From: Octopus bimaculoides | Taxonomy: Eukaryota | Direction: 5' to 3' | Assembly (NCBI RefSeq): GCF_001194135.2 | Contig: NC_068997.1 | Coordinates: forward strand, 40,091,604 to 40,155,603 | DNA length: 64,000 nucleotides | Part shown: one piece after another, positions 39,700 to 52,790 of the stretch | How the letters are laid out: each line of letters starts with the position of its first letter | How positions within the stretch are numbered: the stretch's first letter is position 1 | Notes under the pieces: model-generated | What the model was told of the DNA's origin: nothing | The model's database searches: none | What the model saw: the letters and a program-made list of their open reading frames with translations, nothing else | Translations under genes and position numbers: made by a program

Positions 39700-41300
39700 G
39701 TAGATTTGTGTGCCTTGGGTCGGTGCAGTATTTTGTTTTGGTTTTATATTTTATATTGTATTTGCAGTATTCAACTTCAAATATTTGCAGCTGTTACTAG
39801 TGTTAAGTTTTGCATGTGTTGGAGTTCTGATAATGTACATCTGCAAATACTTAATCATTTCCAACATACCTTTTATTATCGAAATTGTTTCTGTTTTCAG
39901 TCCCACCTCTTTTGAATACCCAAACCTTTTTAATTTTGGTAGTTTCTCCACTTTTATTCATAGCTGAAACTGATATTTAGAATATGAGGTTCTTGTCTAT
40001 CCTGGTGTTTCCTGTCAGCAAAATCTACTAAATTAACTTTCGTCTCTATGTCTATGTAAATTGTCAAATCCCAGAACATGATTACTATGTTATTCTGAGA
40101 TCGGTGAAGATGCGTGGTTTAGTGGTTAGGGTATTCGGCTCACGATCGTAAGGTCGCAAGTTCGAATTCCGGTGGTGTGTTGTGTCCTTGAGCAAGACAC
40201 TTTATTTCACGTTGCTTCAGTCCATTCAGCTGACAAAAGAGAGTTGTACCTGCATTTCAAAGGGCCAGCCATGTCACATTTTGTGTCACGCTGAATCTCC
40301 CCGAGAATTACGTTAAGAGTACGCGTGTTTGTGGAGCGCCTCAGCCTCTTGCACGTAAGTTCCAGGAGCAGGCTGTTCCGTTGATGGGATCAACTAGAAC
40401 CCTCGTCGTCATAATCGATGGAGTTCCACTATGAGATAGGTATATGTTTGTACTATTGGTATTTCTGAATGCTGCCATAACTTGCTGTTTAATGTCTGCT
40501 CATTCTCTCATATCATATATGTGTTCTTTCTTTACTAAGACTTGGCAGTCGGAAACAAATATGTTTATGTTCTGACTTTTTCTCACCCTCCTCATATTCG
40601 CTAATGTACTTCACTTCAGTGGACGCAGTGACGCAACCAAGAATCCTTTAGTTCCAACTTGGAGCCCTGCGCTTTCCATTCAGTTTGGTAATTTTTCTTA
40701 GTCTATTTCTATCCGGTTTACTTTTTGTCTTTTCCCTAGTATTCAGCTTCTAGCAGCTTTTCTCTTGCTATCACTTTTGCAATGGTGTTTTGAAGCACTA
40801 GTTTTAACGCAACTTTTACTCTTTATACAATTTATATGGTTTTCCTCCTTTACCTTTGCAATTGTTTGTAATTTTAGGCTTTGGTTAGTATTTGTCTTTT
40901 TCTCGGAGTCAGGAAACAGTTTTCCGCTTTTTCTTCTGTTTATATTCTGTTGCTATTTGCATTAGTTTTCAATTTTCCTTCCCTAAACTTTTTTTACATG
41001 TTTTATAATTCTTGCTCTTTTCTCTTTGTTTTAGTGGCGAATATAAAGATGTTAGATTTTAGCTCAGCTGTTCAATATGTAATCTACCTTATTTTTCTGT
41101 CCAGTCTAATTTATCTAACGCCCAACCGTAAACATTATTACTATAGCTTGTTACTTGAACAACTTGAGAGTTAATGCTTTACTTCATTTAGTTCTATTTT
41201 AAGTATTAACATCATGTCTCTATAATATTCTTCATAAGCTTTTCTTTCACTTCTATGTTGTAGTCGATCTGATTCATCGATTCATACATATTTCAAATCT
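39700..41300 (-). mobile_element. Decayed R4/Dong-like element, 3' portion, interrupted by SINE C
   Basis: Collinear remnants: EVKEKLMK..YYR..ILKIELN; VSDCQVLVKKEHI; IMFWDLTIYID; VGLKTETISIIKGML..; UTR with cccaaggcacaca. Confidence 0.78.
40106..40431 (+). mobile_element. SINE family C (head H1, body X), full length
   Basis: A box tggtttagtgg, B box gttcgaattcc, core gtgtccttgagcaagacacttt; 10-bp TSD tgagat(c/a)ggt at 40096-40105 and 40432-40441. Confidence 0.92.
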
Positions 41301-41414
41301 GACTTTACTATAATTCCCTCACTTCTGTTTTTTTTTTTTAATTAATGTCCTTAATTAATTTTCCTCTCTTTTTGGTTGCATTTTCTGCAATTTTATCCGA
41401 ATCTCATAACCCAT

Positions 41415-41570
41415 TCTTTACGTTCTGAGATCAAATCCGCCGAGGTTAACTTTGACATTCATTCTTTCGGTGTCGATAAAATAAAGGAACAGTTAAGTAT
41501 TAGAATCGATATAATCTACTTCCTCCTCCCCTCAAAATTATTGGGCCACAAACTGGAAACATTTATTATT
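41415..41570 (+). mobile_element. SINE family B, 5'-truncated
   Basis: ttacgttctgagatcaaatccgccgagg..tcgataaaat..tcgatataatctac. Confidence 0.8.
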
Positions 41571-41597
41571 ATTGAATGGGAGGGCAATGCAAACCAT

Positions 41598-42096
41598 CAA
41601 GTGACACTGGGTTGCAAATATACGAAGTCTAATATACCCGTCATGACTACCTGTTTTATAAGGGTACACCAGGTACATGCATCACAAACACATGTGCGTG
41701 ACATAATGATCTCATACGAAGGCCTTGCATGTGGGGCCCAGTTAGAATTTTCCTTCAGGTTGAGTAGCCAATCCCGCTCAAAAAGAACCTGGATAAGAGT
41801 TGTCTAAAGATGCTGAACGAAAAACCCATGTTTCCTGGGGCGAATTATTCAAACCCCAAATAATTCCTCTGAACACATGACAATGATGCTCACCCACTAC
41901 TTCTGCTCGTGATCAGAGATGCACATGTCATCAGCCACTAAGGGACATGCTCAACTGGTTAAGGTCAAACAACTGACAAGCAAATTGGCAGTTCAGAGCG
42001 GAATATTTGCTGTAGTCCATTTTTTACACCAAAACAAAACATGTGCATGAGAGTACTTTCCATTAGTTCAGATCAGAAGCCATAAGAGCCACTGCC
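41598..42096. mobile_element. Unclassified interspersed repeat family E, about 500 bp
   Basis: Inverted partial second copy at 4000-4160; boundaries partly from recollection of similar octopus repeats and not verified. Confidence 0.65.
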
Positions 42097-42144
42097 TTAT
42101 TATCCTCATCAGATATCGCCATATTAATAACAAAAACAACAACA

Positions 42145-42147
42145 CAA

Positions 42148-42194
<47 letters not shown>

Positions 42195-42240
42195 AGAAGA
42201 AGAAGAAGAAGAAGAAGAAGAAGAAGAAGAAGAAGAAGAT
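42145..42240. repeat. (GAA)n microsatellite
   Basis: Directly visible. Confidence 0.98.
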
Positions 42241-42270
42241 GGAGAAGAGCAACAATAACAACAACAATAA

Positions 42271-42463
42271 TGATCCTTTCTACTAAAGGCACAAGACCTG
42301 AAATTTTAAAGGAGGGGCTGATTTCACTGGTACTTAATATATCGACACCGAAAGGATGAAAGGCAAAGTTGAACTGGGTGGAATTCGAACTCAGAACGCG
42401 AAAACGGACGAAATGCCGCTAAGCATTTTTCCCGGCATGTTAACGATTCTACCAACTCGTCAC
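42271..42463 (-). mobile_element. SINE family B
   Basis: Reverse complement of the B consensus (ggaattcgaactcagaacg, gaaatgccgctaagcatttt). Confidence 0.88.
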
Positions 42464-42500
42464 CTTTATAATAATAATAAAGTAATAATAATAAATACAT

Positions 42501-42747
42501 GCGCCCTTTTAAAGCCTAGCCAGGCTCAAGGGCCCGGTTTTCCGGATTCAATGCCGTATGTGTTCCCCAGCTGGACGGGACGCCAGTACATCGCAGCGTT
42601 ACTCATTTTTGCCAGCTGAGTAGTCTGGAGCAACGTGAAATGAAGTGTTTTGCTCAAGAACACAGCGCGTCGCCCGGTCCAGGAATCGAAACCACAATCT
42701 TACGATCATGATGCTGACACCCTAACCACTAAACCACGCGCCTCCAC
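42501..42747 (-). mobile_element. SINE with head H1 and body Y
   Basis: Head and core match 40106-40235; 3' part matches 19675-19745. Confidence 0.88.
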
Positions 42748-42749
42748 AT

Positions 42750-42902
42750 AATAATAATATTAATAATAATGATGATGATAATGATGATGATGACGATGAC
42801 GACGACGACGACGACGATGATGATGATGATGATGATGATGACGACGTCGACGAGGACAACGACGACGAAGATGATGATGATGATGATGAGGATGATGATG
42901 AT
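42750..42902. repeat. (AAT)/(GAT)/(GAC) compound microsatellite
   Basis: Directly visible. Confidence 0.97.
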
Positions 42903-43270
42903 CTACTTTAGTCTTAGGTAGTCAGCTGGTAAGATCCTTGGAAAGATGGATCCTTGTAATATTTTATCCGATATTTATCATTCTAAATTTGAATTTAAAT
43001 TTCGTTGAGATCAACTTTGTCCTTCATCGTTTCAGCGTTGATAAAATGAAATACCAGTCAGACACTACGATCGAAGCATTCGACTAACTCTCTCCCTCAG
43101 AAATTACTGGCCCCAATTAGAAATATTATATCCGTTATTTTCGATAGTCTGCTGGATACAATATTGCATAGTGCTATTATTTGAAAATTTGGGGGCCACA
43201 CCTCCATCTCTCCGATCACCCTCTCACTTATTACTTCTTATAATATTAGAAGTGAAATAAGGAACTTCTG

Positions 43271-43306
<36 letters not shown>

Positions 43307-43816
43307 AGAGAGAGGGAGAGAGAGAGAGAGAGAGAGAGGTTTAATGAAATGTGATCGAGTTCAATTGGAAAAATTGGTGCGCATGAACGGGTCGATTCTT
43401 GAATTTTGTCTTTAGGATTATTCAGAGCGGAAGGATTTGGGAGTTGTTTGGTTTCCTTNNNNNNNNNNNNNNNNNNNNNNNNNNNNNNNNNNNNNNNNNN
43501 NNNNNNNNNNNNNNNNNNNNNNNNNNNNNNNNNNNNNNNNNNNNNNNNNNNNNNNNNNNNNNNNNNNNNNNNNNNNNNNNNNNNNNNNNNNNNNNNNNNN
43601 NNNNNNNNNNNNNNNNNNNNNNNNNNNNNNNNNNNNNNNNNNNNNNNNNNNNNNNNNNNNNNNNNNNNNNNNNNNNNNNNNNNNNNNNNNNNNNNNNNNN
43701 NNNNNNNNNNNNNNNNNNNNNNNNNNNNNNNNNNNNNNNNNNNNNNNNNNNNNNNNNNNNNNNNNNNNNNNNNNNNNNNNNNNNNNNNNNNNNNNNNNNN
43801 NNNNNNNNNNNNNNNN

Positions 43817-43912
43817 GTAGAAGACATTTGCCCAAGATGCCACGCAGTGGGACTGAACCCGGTACCATGTGGTTGGTAAGGAAGCTACTTACCACACAGC
43901 CACTCCTGCGCC
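43817..43912 (-). mobile_element. SINE family A head, remainder lost in an N gap
   Basis: Reverse complement ggcgcaggagtggctgtgtggtaagtagc..gggttcagtcccactgcgtggc. Confidence 0.9.
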
Positions 43913-43922
43913 TATGTGTATG

Positions 43923-43955
<33 letters not shown>

Positions 43956-44389
43956 CCTGTGTATGTCATATTTCTTTTACTCCATGGTGTAGCCATGTGA
44001 CCCATAAAGAAAATAGGGATTTGCATTCTTCTTCTCTTTCTTCTCCTTCTGCTTGCTGCTGTCGTTGTTGAGGTTGCTGCTGCTGCCGCTGTCGCTGTTA
44101 TTTTTCTCGTTGATAAAATTAAGCTGAGCATCGAATGAAATCGTCATAATTGAAATGATATAAAACTTGTTCTTTCGGGCTTTTGTATCGTTGTGAATGA
44201 CTACAGTTTTTATTAACTGTGCAAATCACACTGTTACTTTTGATTGGAGTGGAATTGTCGGATCTTGAACTGCATATGATTATTATAAGACTACAATGGA
44301 AGGAAGTTTGCATTGAAAATAACGAACACTTTTAAGATCAACAAGAGTTCAGAGAAATAGAAATTAAAGCGTCAACTTATAGGGAGATG

Positions 44390-44502
44390 ATAATGATAAC
44401 GAAAATAATAATAATAATAATGAGCATAACAATGAAGACAATAATAATAATAATAATAATAATTATAATAATAATAATAATAACAACAACAACAACAACA
44501 AC

Positions 44503-44552
<50 letters not shown>

Positions 44553-44560
44553 TGATGATG

Positions 44561-44603
<43 letters not shown>

Positions 44604-44605
44604 TG

Positions 44606-44648
<43 letters not shown>

Positions 44649-44655
44649 TAATAAT
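44390..44655. repeat. Long (AAT)n microsatellite with AAC/GAT interruptions
   Basis: Directly visible. Confidence 0.98.
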
Positions 44656-46058
44656 ATTCAATTACAGTGACACAGAGAAAAAATAAGGTTTCGGAGCATA
44701 GAAAAAAGAAAGAGAAAACTGGAAATGCTGTGGTTTGCAGAGAAAACCCAGCGAGAAGTATGGTAAGGTAATTTGATTGTTTGGTTGTTTAACTGAAATT
44801 ACTAGATATAAGAGAATTTGGGATGACTAATGATGAGTTGAGGTTTGCAATAATGTAGCTACTATTTATCTCTAGCAAACCATACGTTCAAACAGTAATC
44901 ATGGAGACAAAACATATCTGCGGCGATGTATACATGCATTATATGTGTTGCAGCAGTCATCTAATGTAGATCAATACATATAACAATAAATGAAAGAGGC
45001 GGTGTCGGGGGAGGTAAAAAAAAAGAGGGAGAAAAATAGAAAACAGAGAAATATATATGGAGAGAGTTGATTGAGATTTGGTGGTACGGAGTGATCTTCC
45101 CGCTAGTTAGCACTCTCAGGTATTTGAACATGATTCGAAATATTCTCCTTGATAAAAAAAAGAAGACAATTAAAAAACAGAAGACAAAACATAATTTCTT
45201 GAATTTTGGATGGTGTGAACAATTTGACAAGCCTCGCTAGGAAATGCAACGTCACCAAAGTGTTGCTTGTAACANNNNNNNNNNATATATATATATATAT
45301 AAAAGCTAATAATAGTGCTAGTGGTAAAGTGGTATTTTATTTAATGCAGATGATAAACATTGGGGGAGGCTTCATTCTCCGGTATATTGATTATATAGGA
45401 AACCCCTTTAACAATTCCGCCATTTTATTACACAGGCCGAACTCTTTATTTAATACTGCATTGTCATTTTGTTCTCGCTTTTTTTATTCTTCGTTTCCCT
45501 GTTATCATTTGATAGAAAACAACAAACGGCAGGTTGTTGTTTTCTATCGAAGAATAACACTGCTGCCATAGCTACAAATTTATCTCTTAGATTTGAAACA
45601 TGGCTTTGGATGTAATTCACAGCTTTGCCATTACAGTCAAACAATCTGCTCCCAAAATTAAGTTTATTTTTTGTTCCTTTTCGTGTTCCAATCACTGGAC
45701 TGCAACGATGCCGGAGCAACAGCACTGATGAGTTTCAGACGAATCTATCATTTATACTACTTTATACATGGAAAGGAAAATTTTAACTTTTGGCGCAAAA
45801 TAACGCACCTGAACGTAAACATATAGTTCCAACGAACCAGCGATTTGTATATTCACATAATGCACGTAAATACATGCATAAAAACATCTGTCAACAATTC
45901 AACAATCCACTCTTGTTACATGTAAAGGTTACATGTCTCTGAAGATTTGGCAACTCGTTTTGATTATGAAATTTAGATTACGCAACTAATATTAATTTTG
46001 TGCTAATGAAACGTCCGTAAGGTGGTGGAACTAAATATCTCATGTATTGTTTCATTTT

Positions 46059-46096
<38 letters not shown>

Positions 46097-46214
46097 TTCT
46101 GATGCTCATATTTTTTCCAAAGCTACACTGTTAGATGGAAGCACCCTTTTTCATACGAAGCAGTAACTTCACTGAGATAAAATGAAATAAATATGCGACA
46201 ATTTGAAATGGTAA

Positions 46215-46648
46215 TAGAGCTGTCAGAATTGTTAACTCGTCAGACAAAATGCTTAGCGGCATTTCGTCTGTCTTCACGTTCTGACGAGGTCGACTTCGTT
46301 CTTAATTCTTTCGGGGTCGATAACATAAGAACCACTGGAATACTAGAGTTGATGTAATCGACTGACCCCAGCCCCCAAGCTTCCTGGCCTTGTACCAAAA
46401 TTTGAAACCAATATTATCATTTTATAGATTAGGTGGCAAAGTGGTAGAGTCGTTAGCACGCGTGGCAAAACGCTTGGCATCATTTCGTCTGTTTCCGCGT
46501 TTTGAGTTCAAACTGTACTAAGGTTGACTTTGCCTTTCATCCTTGTAGTGTCGATAAAATAAGTACCATGTGTATAGTGGGGTCGATATGACAGACATAT
46601 ATCTCCTCTGAAATTGCTTACCCTTTGCCAAAAATTGAAACCAATATT
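46215..46648 (+). mobile_element. Head-to-tail pair of SINE family B (46215-46415, 46431-46648)
   Basis: Two heads and two tails ending tgaaaccaatatt; ttatagat flanks the second copy on both sides. Confidence 0.87.
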
Positions 46649-47045
46649 CTCTATTATAGATGTTTAATTCTGGGGTTATTGCTGCATTAATCGTATAATA
46701 ATCTCATAAAAATAGTTGATCATATTAATTTAATGAATTAACCTAGACGAAATCAAATCATCTTCCAAATTGGAAAAAATTCATGTTCAAATGAAATATT
46801 TATTCCTTTTATGATAATACTTTAGATTAGTTACACTAATTTTCAAAATGGTTCAAGAATCCTGATTAAATCTGAAGAAAATTTCAACGTGAGTGTTTCC
46901 ATTTTGAAGGTATTTTCATTCAGAAAGTTGTACCTTGTCTTCTGACAATGACTCAAATATCAATTCTCCTGAAGAACAAATTTGAAACAAATCTGGTACC
47001 TATTCTTGGCTAAGAATAATCTTCAACACTTCCTCACACACACAC

Positions 47046-47076
<31 letters not shown>

Positions 47077-47708
47077 NNNNNNNNNNNNNNNNNNNNNNNN
47101 NNNNNNNNNNNNNNNNNNNNNNNNNNNNNNNNNNNNNNNNNNNNNNNNNNNNNNNNNNNNNNNNNNNNNNNNNNNNNNNNNNNNNNNNNNNNNNNNNNNN
47201 NNNNNNNNNNNNNNNNNNNNNNNNNNNNNNNNNNNNNNNNNNNNNNNNNNNNNNNNNNNNNNNNNNNNNNNNNNNNNNNNNNNNNNNNNNNNNNNNNNNN
47301 NNNNNNNNNNNNNNNNNNNNNNNNNNNNNNNNNNNNNNNNNNNNNNNNNNNNNNNNNNNNNNNNNNNNNNNNNNNNNNNNNNNNNNNNNNNNNNNNNNNN
47401 NNNNNNNNNNNNNNNNNNNNNNNNNNNNNNNNNNNNNNNNNNNNNNNNNNNNNNNNNNNNNNNNNNNNNNNNNNNNNNNNNNNNNNNNNNNNNNNNNNNN
47501 NNNNNNNNNNNNNNNNNNNNNNNNNNNNNNNNNNNNNNNNNNNNNNNNNNNNNNNNNNNNNNNNNNNNNNNNNNNNNNNNNNNNNNNNNNNNNNNNNNNN
47601 NNNNNNNNNNNNNNNNNNNNNNNNNNNNNNNNNNNNNNNNNNNNNNNNNNNNNNNNNNNNNNNNNNNNNNNNNNNNNNNNNNNNNNNNNNNNNNNNNNNN
47701 NATATTAC

Positions 47709-48037
47709 GCAGTGGCAATGGCCCAGTGGTTAGGGCAGCAGACTCGCGGTCGTAGGAGCACGGTTTCGATTCCCAGACCGGGCGTTGTGAGTGTTTACTA
47801 GGCGAAAACACCTAAAGCTCCACGAGGCTCCCGCAGGCGTGGGGTGGCGAACCCTGCTTTACTCTTTCACCGCAAATTTTTCTCACTCTTACTTCCTGTT
47901 TCTGTTGTACATTTAATATCAAAGGGCCAACCTTGTCACACTCTGTGTCACGCTAAATAACCCCAAGGGTACATGTGTGCGTGAAGTGCTCAGTCAACTG
48001 GAACCCTCGTCGTCGTAACCGACGGAGTGAGTGCCAC
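47709..48037 (+). mobile_element. SINE with head H2 and body X
   Basis: 47709-47900 matches 19760-19944 (reverse); 47905-48037 matches 40238-40431 with internal deletions. Confidence 0.87.
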
Positions 48038-48894
48038 ATTAGACTAGAAAAAAAACACAGCTTCAACGGGGAAAGAAATCATCTATCACCAATTGCATTT
48101 CGTTCATCCATAGTCGTAATATTTGAATAGTGCATCCTAAGATCTGCCAGATCAGTCACATTCTACATCAAATTCAAGTCATCCTGCAGACTCTTCATAC
48201 AACTATAAAGTAAACACACGAGAATTAGGTTGTCATGACTCTTCCAATAGAGCTATGACATTCCATTCTACTTAAATAGCACCGTGAAATGCTTTTTGAA
48301 CTCCTCATAAAATACATATTGATAAATTTTTTTTTATCTTGCTATGATGGAAAGCACTTTTCTATTATATAATAAAACCGATATCCTAAAGGCAAGTCTC
48401 TTTTTGAAGACTAGAAAAATTATTTTTGCTGATCCTCAACAAGCACAAAGTGGTCACGGTATGATGCACTGACCCATATTTGGAATATTGCACAAACATC
48501 TCAAAAATTCCATACACTTGATTGACTGAGGTTCACTCACCACTATGCTAGGGCAGTCACTACAGTTTTTTCTACCGTTACATTTATCAAATATCTAGTT
48601 ATACACTACACTAAAACATACATAAATCATTCTATGTCTCAGCTTTAACGTCCCGCTAAAAATGCTGCCCGACCATCCCAATCGACACTGCATACTCCCA
48701 ACACTAATCTTTACACCCATACCTCCTGATATAAATCATCATTGAAATTACAGATTAATGTCTCGTGCACCATATTTTCTTGTCTAGGCCAGTGCTAATG
48801 TCATATTTTTTTTCGAACAAAATAGAAGTATTAATAAACTGATAACAACAGCGACAATAATCGGTTTATATAGAGCTCCATGTTCAACTGATAA

Positions 48895-49030
48895 ATGTTT
48901 TATCGAAACGCGGAAGAATGAAAGGCAAAGTCGACCTCGGCAGAATTTGAACCAAGAATGTAAATAAGGACAAAATGCTGCTAAGCATTTTGCACGACGT
49001 GCTAAGCATTCTGCCAGCTCGCCGCTTTAA
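48895..49030 (-). mobile_element. SINE family B, partial
   Basis: gaaaggcaaagtcgacctcggcagaatttgaac..ctgccagctcgccg. Confidence 0.87.
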
Positions 49031-49609
49031 GACCTACTAAAATATTGCAACCACTTAGAGGTTAGTGGGAATTGCGCCAGCAAGTTACATTCGCTGAGAA
49101 GAAATATTCTTGTCATTAAAAAAATGGGCACAGTATATAATATCAGAAATATTATGTAGTCTCCAAGAATTCCTGAAAATATGAACCCAGCATAATATGA
49201 GAATAATATGAATAAAAGAGAGGCGCCATTATACGGACACGCATCGCTGCTTCAAAACAAATAACACGAATGAAACAAAGAAATAGTTCTAAACACTGCT
49301 CAAAGTAAGATTTAAGGAAAGGTTTTCACTCAACGGGTCTATTTGATTATAAAACGTGTCGAGAGAAAAACCAACTGAGTTGATGCTGTCTTTGATCAAC
49401 GAAGTTGGTAAAGAACATCCAAAACAAAGTGAAACTTCCGGTGTTTGGAAATGGAATACTTTAGTGTATTGTACAGCCTTTTACATTCACAGGCAGATGA
49501 GAAGAACAGAGGTGAATGGGAAAGATAAAACCACAATGGAAGTGGATTGCTTTCCTAAAAAGAAATAATCGATAGATTCTAGGAAAATGATCAGTCATTT
49601 CGATACTAA

Positions 49610-49810
49610 TATTAATTTCAAATTTTAGCACAAGGCCAGCAATTTCGGGGGAAATCGATCCCAGAGCACAATTGATGCTTATTTTATCGAGTACGAAAGG
49701 ATGAAAGGCAAAGTCAACCTTGGCGGAATTTGAACTCAGAACCTATAGGCGAACTAAATGCAACTAAGCATTTCGCCCGGTGTGCTAACTATTCTACCAG
49801 CTCAACGACT
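49610..49810 (-). mobile_element. SINE family B
   Basis: aaggatgaaaggcaaagtcaaccttggcggaatttgaactcagaac..ctaagcatttcgcccgg. Confidence 0.87.
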
Positions 49811-51819
49811 TCTTTTGAATAACAAATTGACTCCATAGTGAATAAATAAAACTACGAAGCCTCCTCTTTATGATAAGTTATCTGAAATTTACGAGAACTG
49901 CCAACGACCGACACACACGAGTAAACACGAACTACAGATAGTAAGTCACAAGGTTTGTTATAAAAAGACGTTTCAAAAACGTGAAACGACCAAAGGAAAA
50001 AATGCATAAAACTTACAAATGGTTATATGACGGCATGAAAGGTCACGCCATCAAAGATGTAAATGAACGTCCACAAAGCTTCTGTGAATGGATATCTAGT
50101 AAGTAAATAAATAACATAACCTCGATAGAATATGGTTCAATGAGTTACGGAGTGAACAGTGTACAAATATCTCTCTTGAAACATATAACATCATTCAAGA
50201 CAATTTCCTGGTTGTTGTTGTTGTTGCAAAACTATTGAATGGACAATCACCTGGAAAAGACCTGATAGTCAAATGTTGTGGAAAAACAAATAAAACTCGT
50301 GTTCTACAGGAAATTATTCTTCGGGCTGTTCAAAAAACAATAGACACTAAACTCCCTGTATTAGACTGCTGATAGCTGCAAAGACAATAGTTCACTCCTA
50401 AGAACAGGAGGCAGGAGACACGAGGGGAAAAAAATCACGCTATAAACCCATATCATACTTAAATATGATGTATGAACTGTACATAAGTTGCTTAAATGGA
50501 AAATGATTTGGTGAAATGTAATCAGACAAGAAGAGAGCCAATTGTCGTTGTGCTGAACTGGTTCTTGTTGAAAAAGCTGTTCATAAAGAAACAAAGCAGT
50601 ATCATCGAAGTCTACTAAAAGAAGATCTACACTATAAGACGTTCTACTTTGGATACTAAGGTGACTGCACCATACCAGGGTTCCGTTTCCTGCGTAACAA
50701 CATGGTCTTAATAACTATCACTATGACCAGAAGCTACTGCTATAGTCTCAAGCAGAATTAGGTTATGAATGGAAACATTCTGAAGTGACAGTTTGTCTAT
50801 TCTAGTGTTCGTTCTGATAGTGAACTTCTTTGTATGTAATGGAAATGCCAAAATATGTTAAAATTTTCTGTAGAGAAGAAAATTAATGCCGCTTATACGC
50901 TTCCTGTTAATGAGATACAATATTCTGACAAAATAAACAAATAGAATTTCAAAATAAGTGTTTATATCTGGCATTTAGTATACGAAAGTTTGTTGAGCAA
51001 ACAAGAAATATGGATATCGGTGGCTAGTCTATTTACCCAATCTCCAATATCGTAAGGTTCAAATATCTCGGAAATAATACGGATGCTGAATACGTTGTTA
51101 CTGCGAATAAAGCTGGAGTGATTAAGGAAAACTTGGGAAGGTATAGAAAGCTTAGCGTTCTGTATTCAATAAGCATTTGAGGTACCAGTTATAGTATCGT
51201 ACAATTGGAAAACTGGAAAACTAGAATGAATTATTGAACAGATTTAACATTTGGACTGGAAAATATTAACCACCTCACATAACAGCCTCATCAGTTGTGA
51301 CACTAAGAGGGTCTACGTTAGACGGAAGGGTGGTAGTCAACGCTTAAATTAATTCCAAAAGGTCTTAGTGTGCCTTCAGAAAAACCATACTGAACGTTGA
51401 AGGGAGAAATCAATACATAACAACGAAAATAATATAATCTTGACAACAGGAAAAGAGCTCCTAAATAAGCATTCTGAGTGTACAACTGTGGCCCATGAGG
51501 AGCTTGACAAACTTACTGAAATATACTCTTAGAGAAAAGCACCCATCGTGCCAGTAAAGACTTAAAGGATACGCATTCACAATTAAGGAAAAGAATGAGA
51601 CTACTAAATATATAATCAATAACAGAGACAGGAATACTACAAAATCTCTGTTATAATACATAATGTTGATCGTGCCATTCTTATGTTGACGATGATAGCA
51701 TAACATCAGCGGCTGTCTCATAACCTCGTAAAGGACGGGTTTCATTAGAAGATATTCTCTCAAGATGCTATTGCTGTCAAGACTATTTATAATTCCGTTT
51801 GCAGGATCACATTATAAAT

Positions 51820-52027
51820 CAGTAGTTCTCAGCCATCTTTTGACTATGGTGCCCTTTGACTCCTACTTTACTCTACTGGACCACCAACTGTATTTTTTAT
51901 AATTAAATAGTAGGAATTGAAATATTTTGTGAATTGTATATCTGTAGAATTATGAGCACATGAATTTTAACAACCAAATCGTATATGCCCCACCCCAGGC
52001 CATATCGACCCCGATTGAAAGCCACTG
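51820..52027. mobile_element. Possible old hAT-type MITE
   Basis: Ends cagtagttctcagcc and (reverse) cagtggctttcaatc match at 10/15 and resemble Charlie-type CAGTGGTTCTCAA termini; no 8-bp TSD is visible. Confidence 0.4.
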
Positions 52028-52790
52028 CCTTGACTGATAAGAAACAAACTGAAAGATTCTAGTAAATCTCAGTATCATTCTGTGGGATATGGAATATGAT
52101 TCCCACACAGTTATAGCTGTAACCTCAACAGCGACACCAACATTTCATCTAAGTTTAAGGAAGGTGAGATTATCTGTAATAATCAAAGTGAAACACCTCT
52201 CGTATCATGGCAATAGATTCTCGTTTGTATCTACTATCAGATAATATCGAACTAAGCTGCAACTGATTTCTATAAATTACTGAAAAATCTTGGTTTTCTT
52301 CAAAAACAGCCGATCAAACTGAATCGCTTCATCAAAATATAGTATATAGTTGGTACAATGCAGAGCAGCAAAACAATCCAAAGATCTGCAAGTTGAATTT
52401 CATGGAATAAAGTATACAAGCAGTCACATGTGTCCAAATGCATACCTCCATGCATTTCAATAAAATCACATATTGTTGAGAATTGTACAACCTTACACGA
52501 GCGCAAGCATATTGAAATGCACTTCAACATTTATGCAGACATTAACATCCATATTCACAAACACCTGGAATTATCTTGATTCAAACAAGGAAGACTTCCG
52601 GCTTAGTTAGGGCGCGACCGAAATGTGCAACGAACACTAATAAATCTAAATCGTAATATAAAAACATGTATACATAAATACATGCGCACATGCATACATA
52701 CATACATACATACATACATAATTGTGTGTATACATATGTATATACACGCGCGTAAACACACAGATATACACATAAACACATAGACACATA

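Noticed and set aside
40106-40175. tRNA gene-like sequences at SINE heads
   Set aside because: A and B boxes are present but the acceptor stems do not close and each runs into a SINE body; these are not tRNA genes.
45726-45750. CTGATGAG..GAA hammerhead-like core
   Set aside because: Reads GAAT rather than GAAA and no stem I or III partner is found nearby.
48150-48560. PILEYC motif suggesting an old CR1/L2 fragment
   Set aside because: Only one motif is clearly readable and collinearity could not be established.
49356-49568. 70-aa ORF and possible 19-nt micro-exon (cag|GCAGATGAGAAGAACAGAG|gtgaat)
   Set aside because: No homology recognised; expected by chance.
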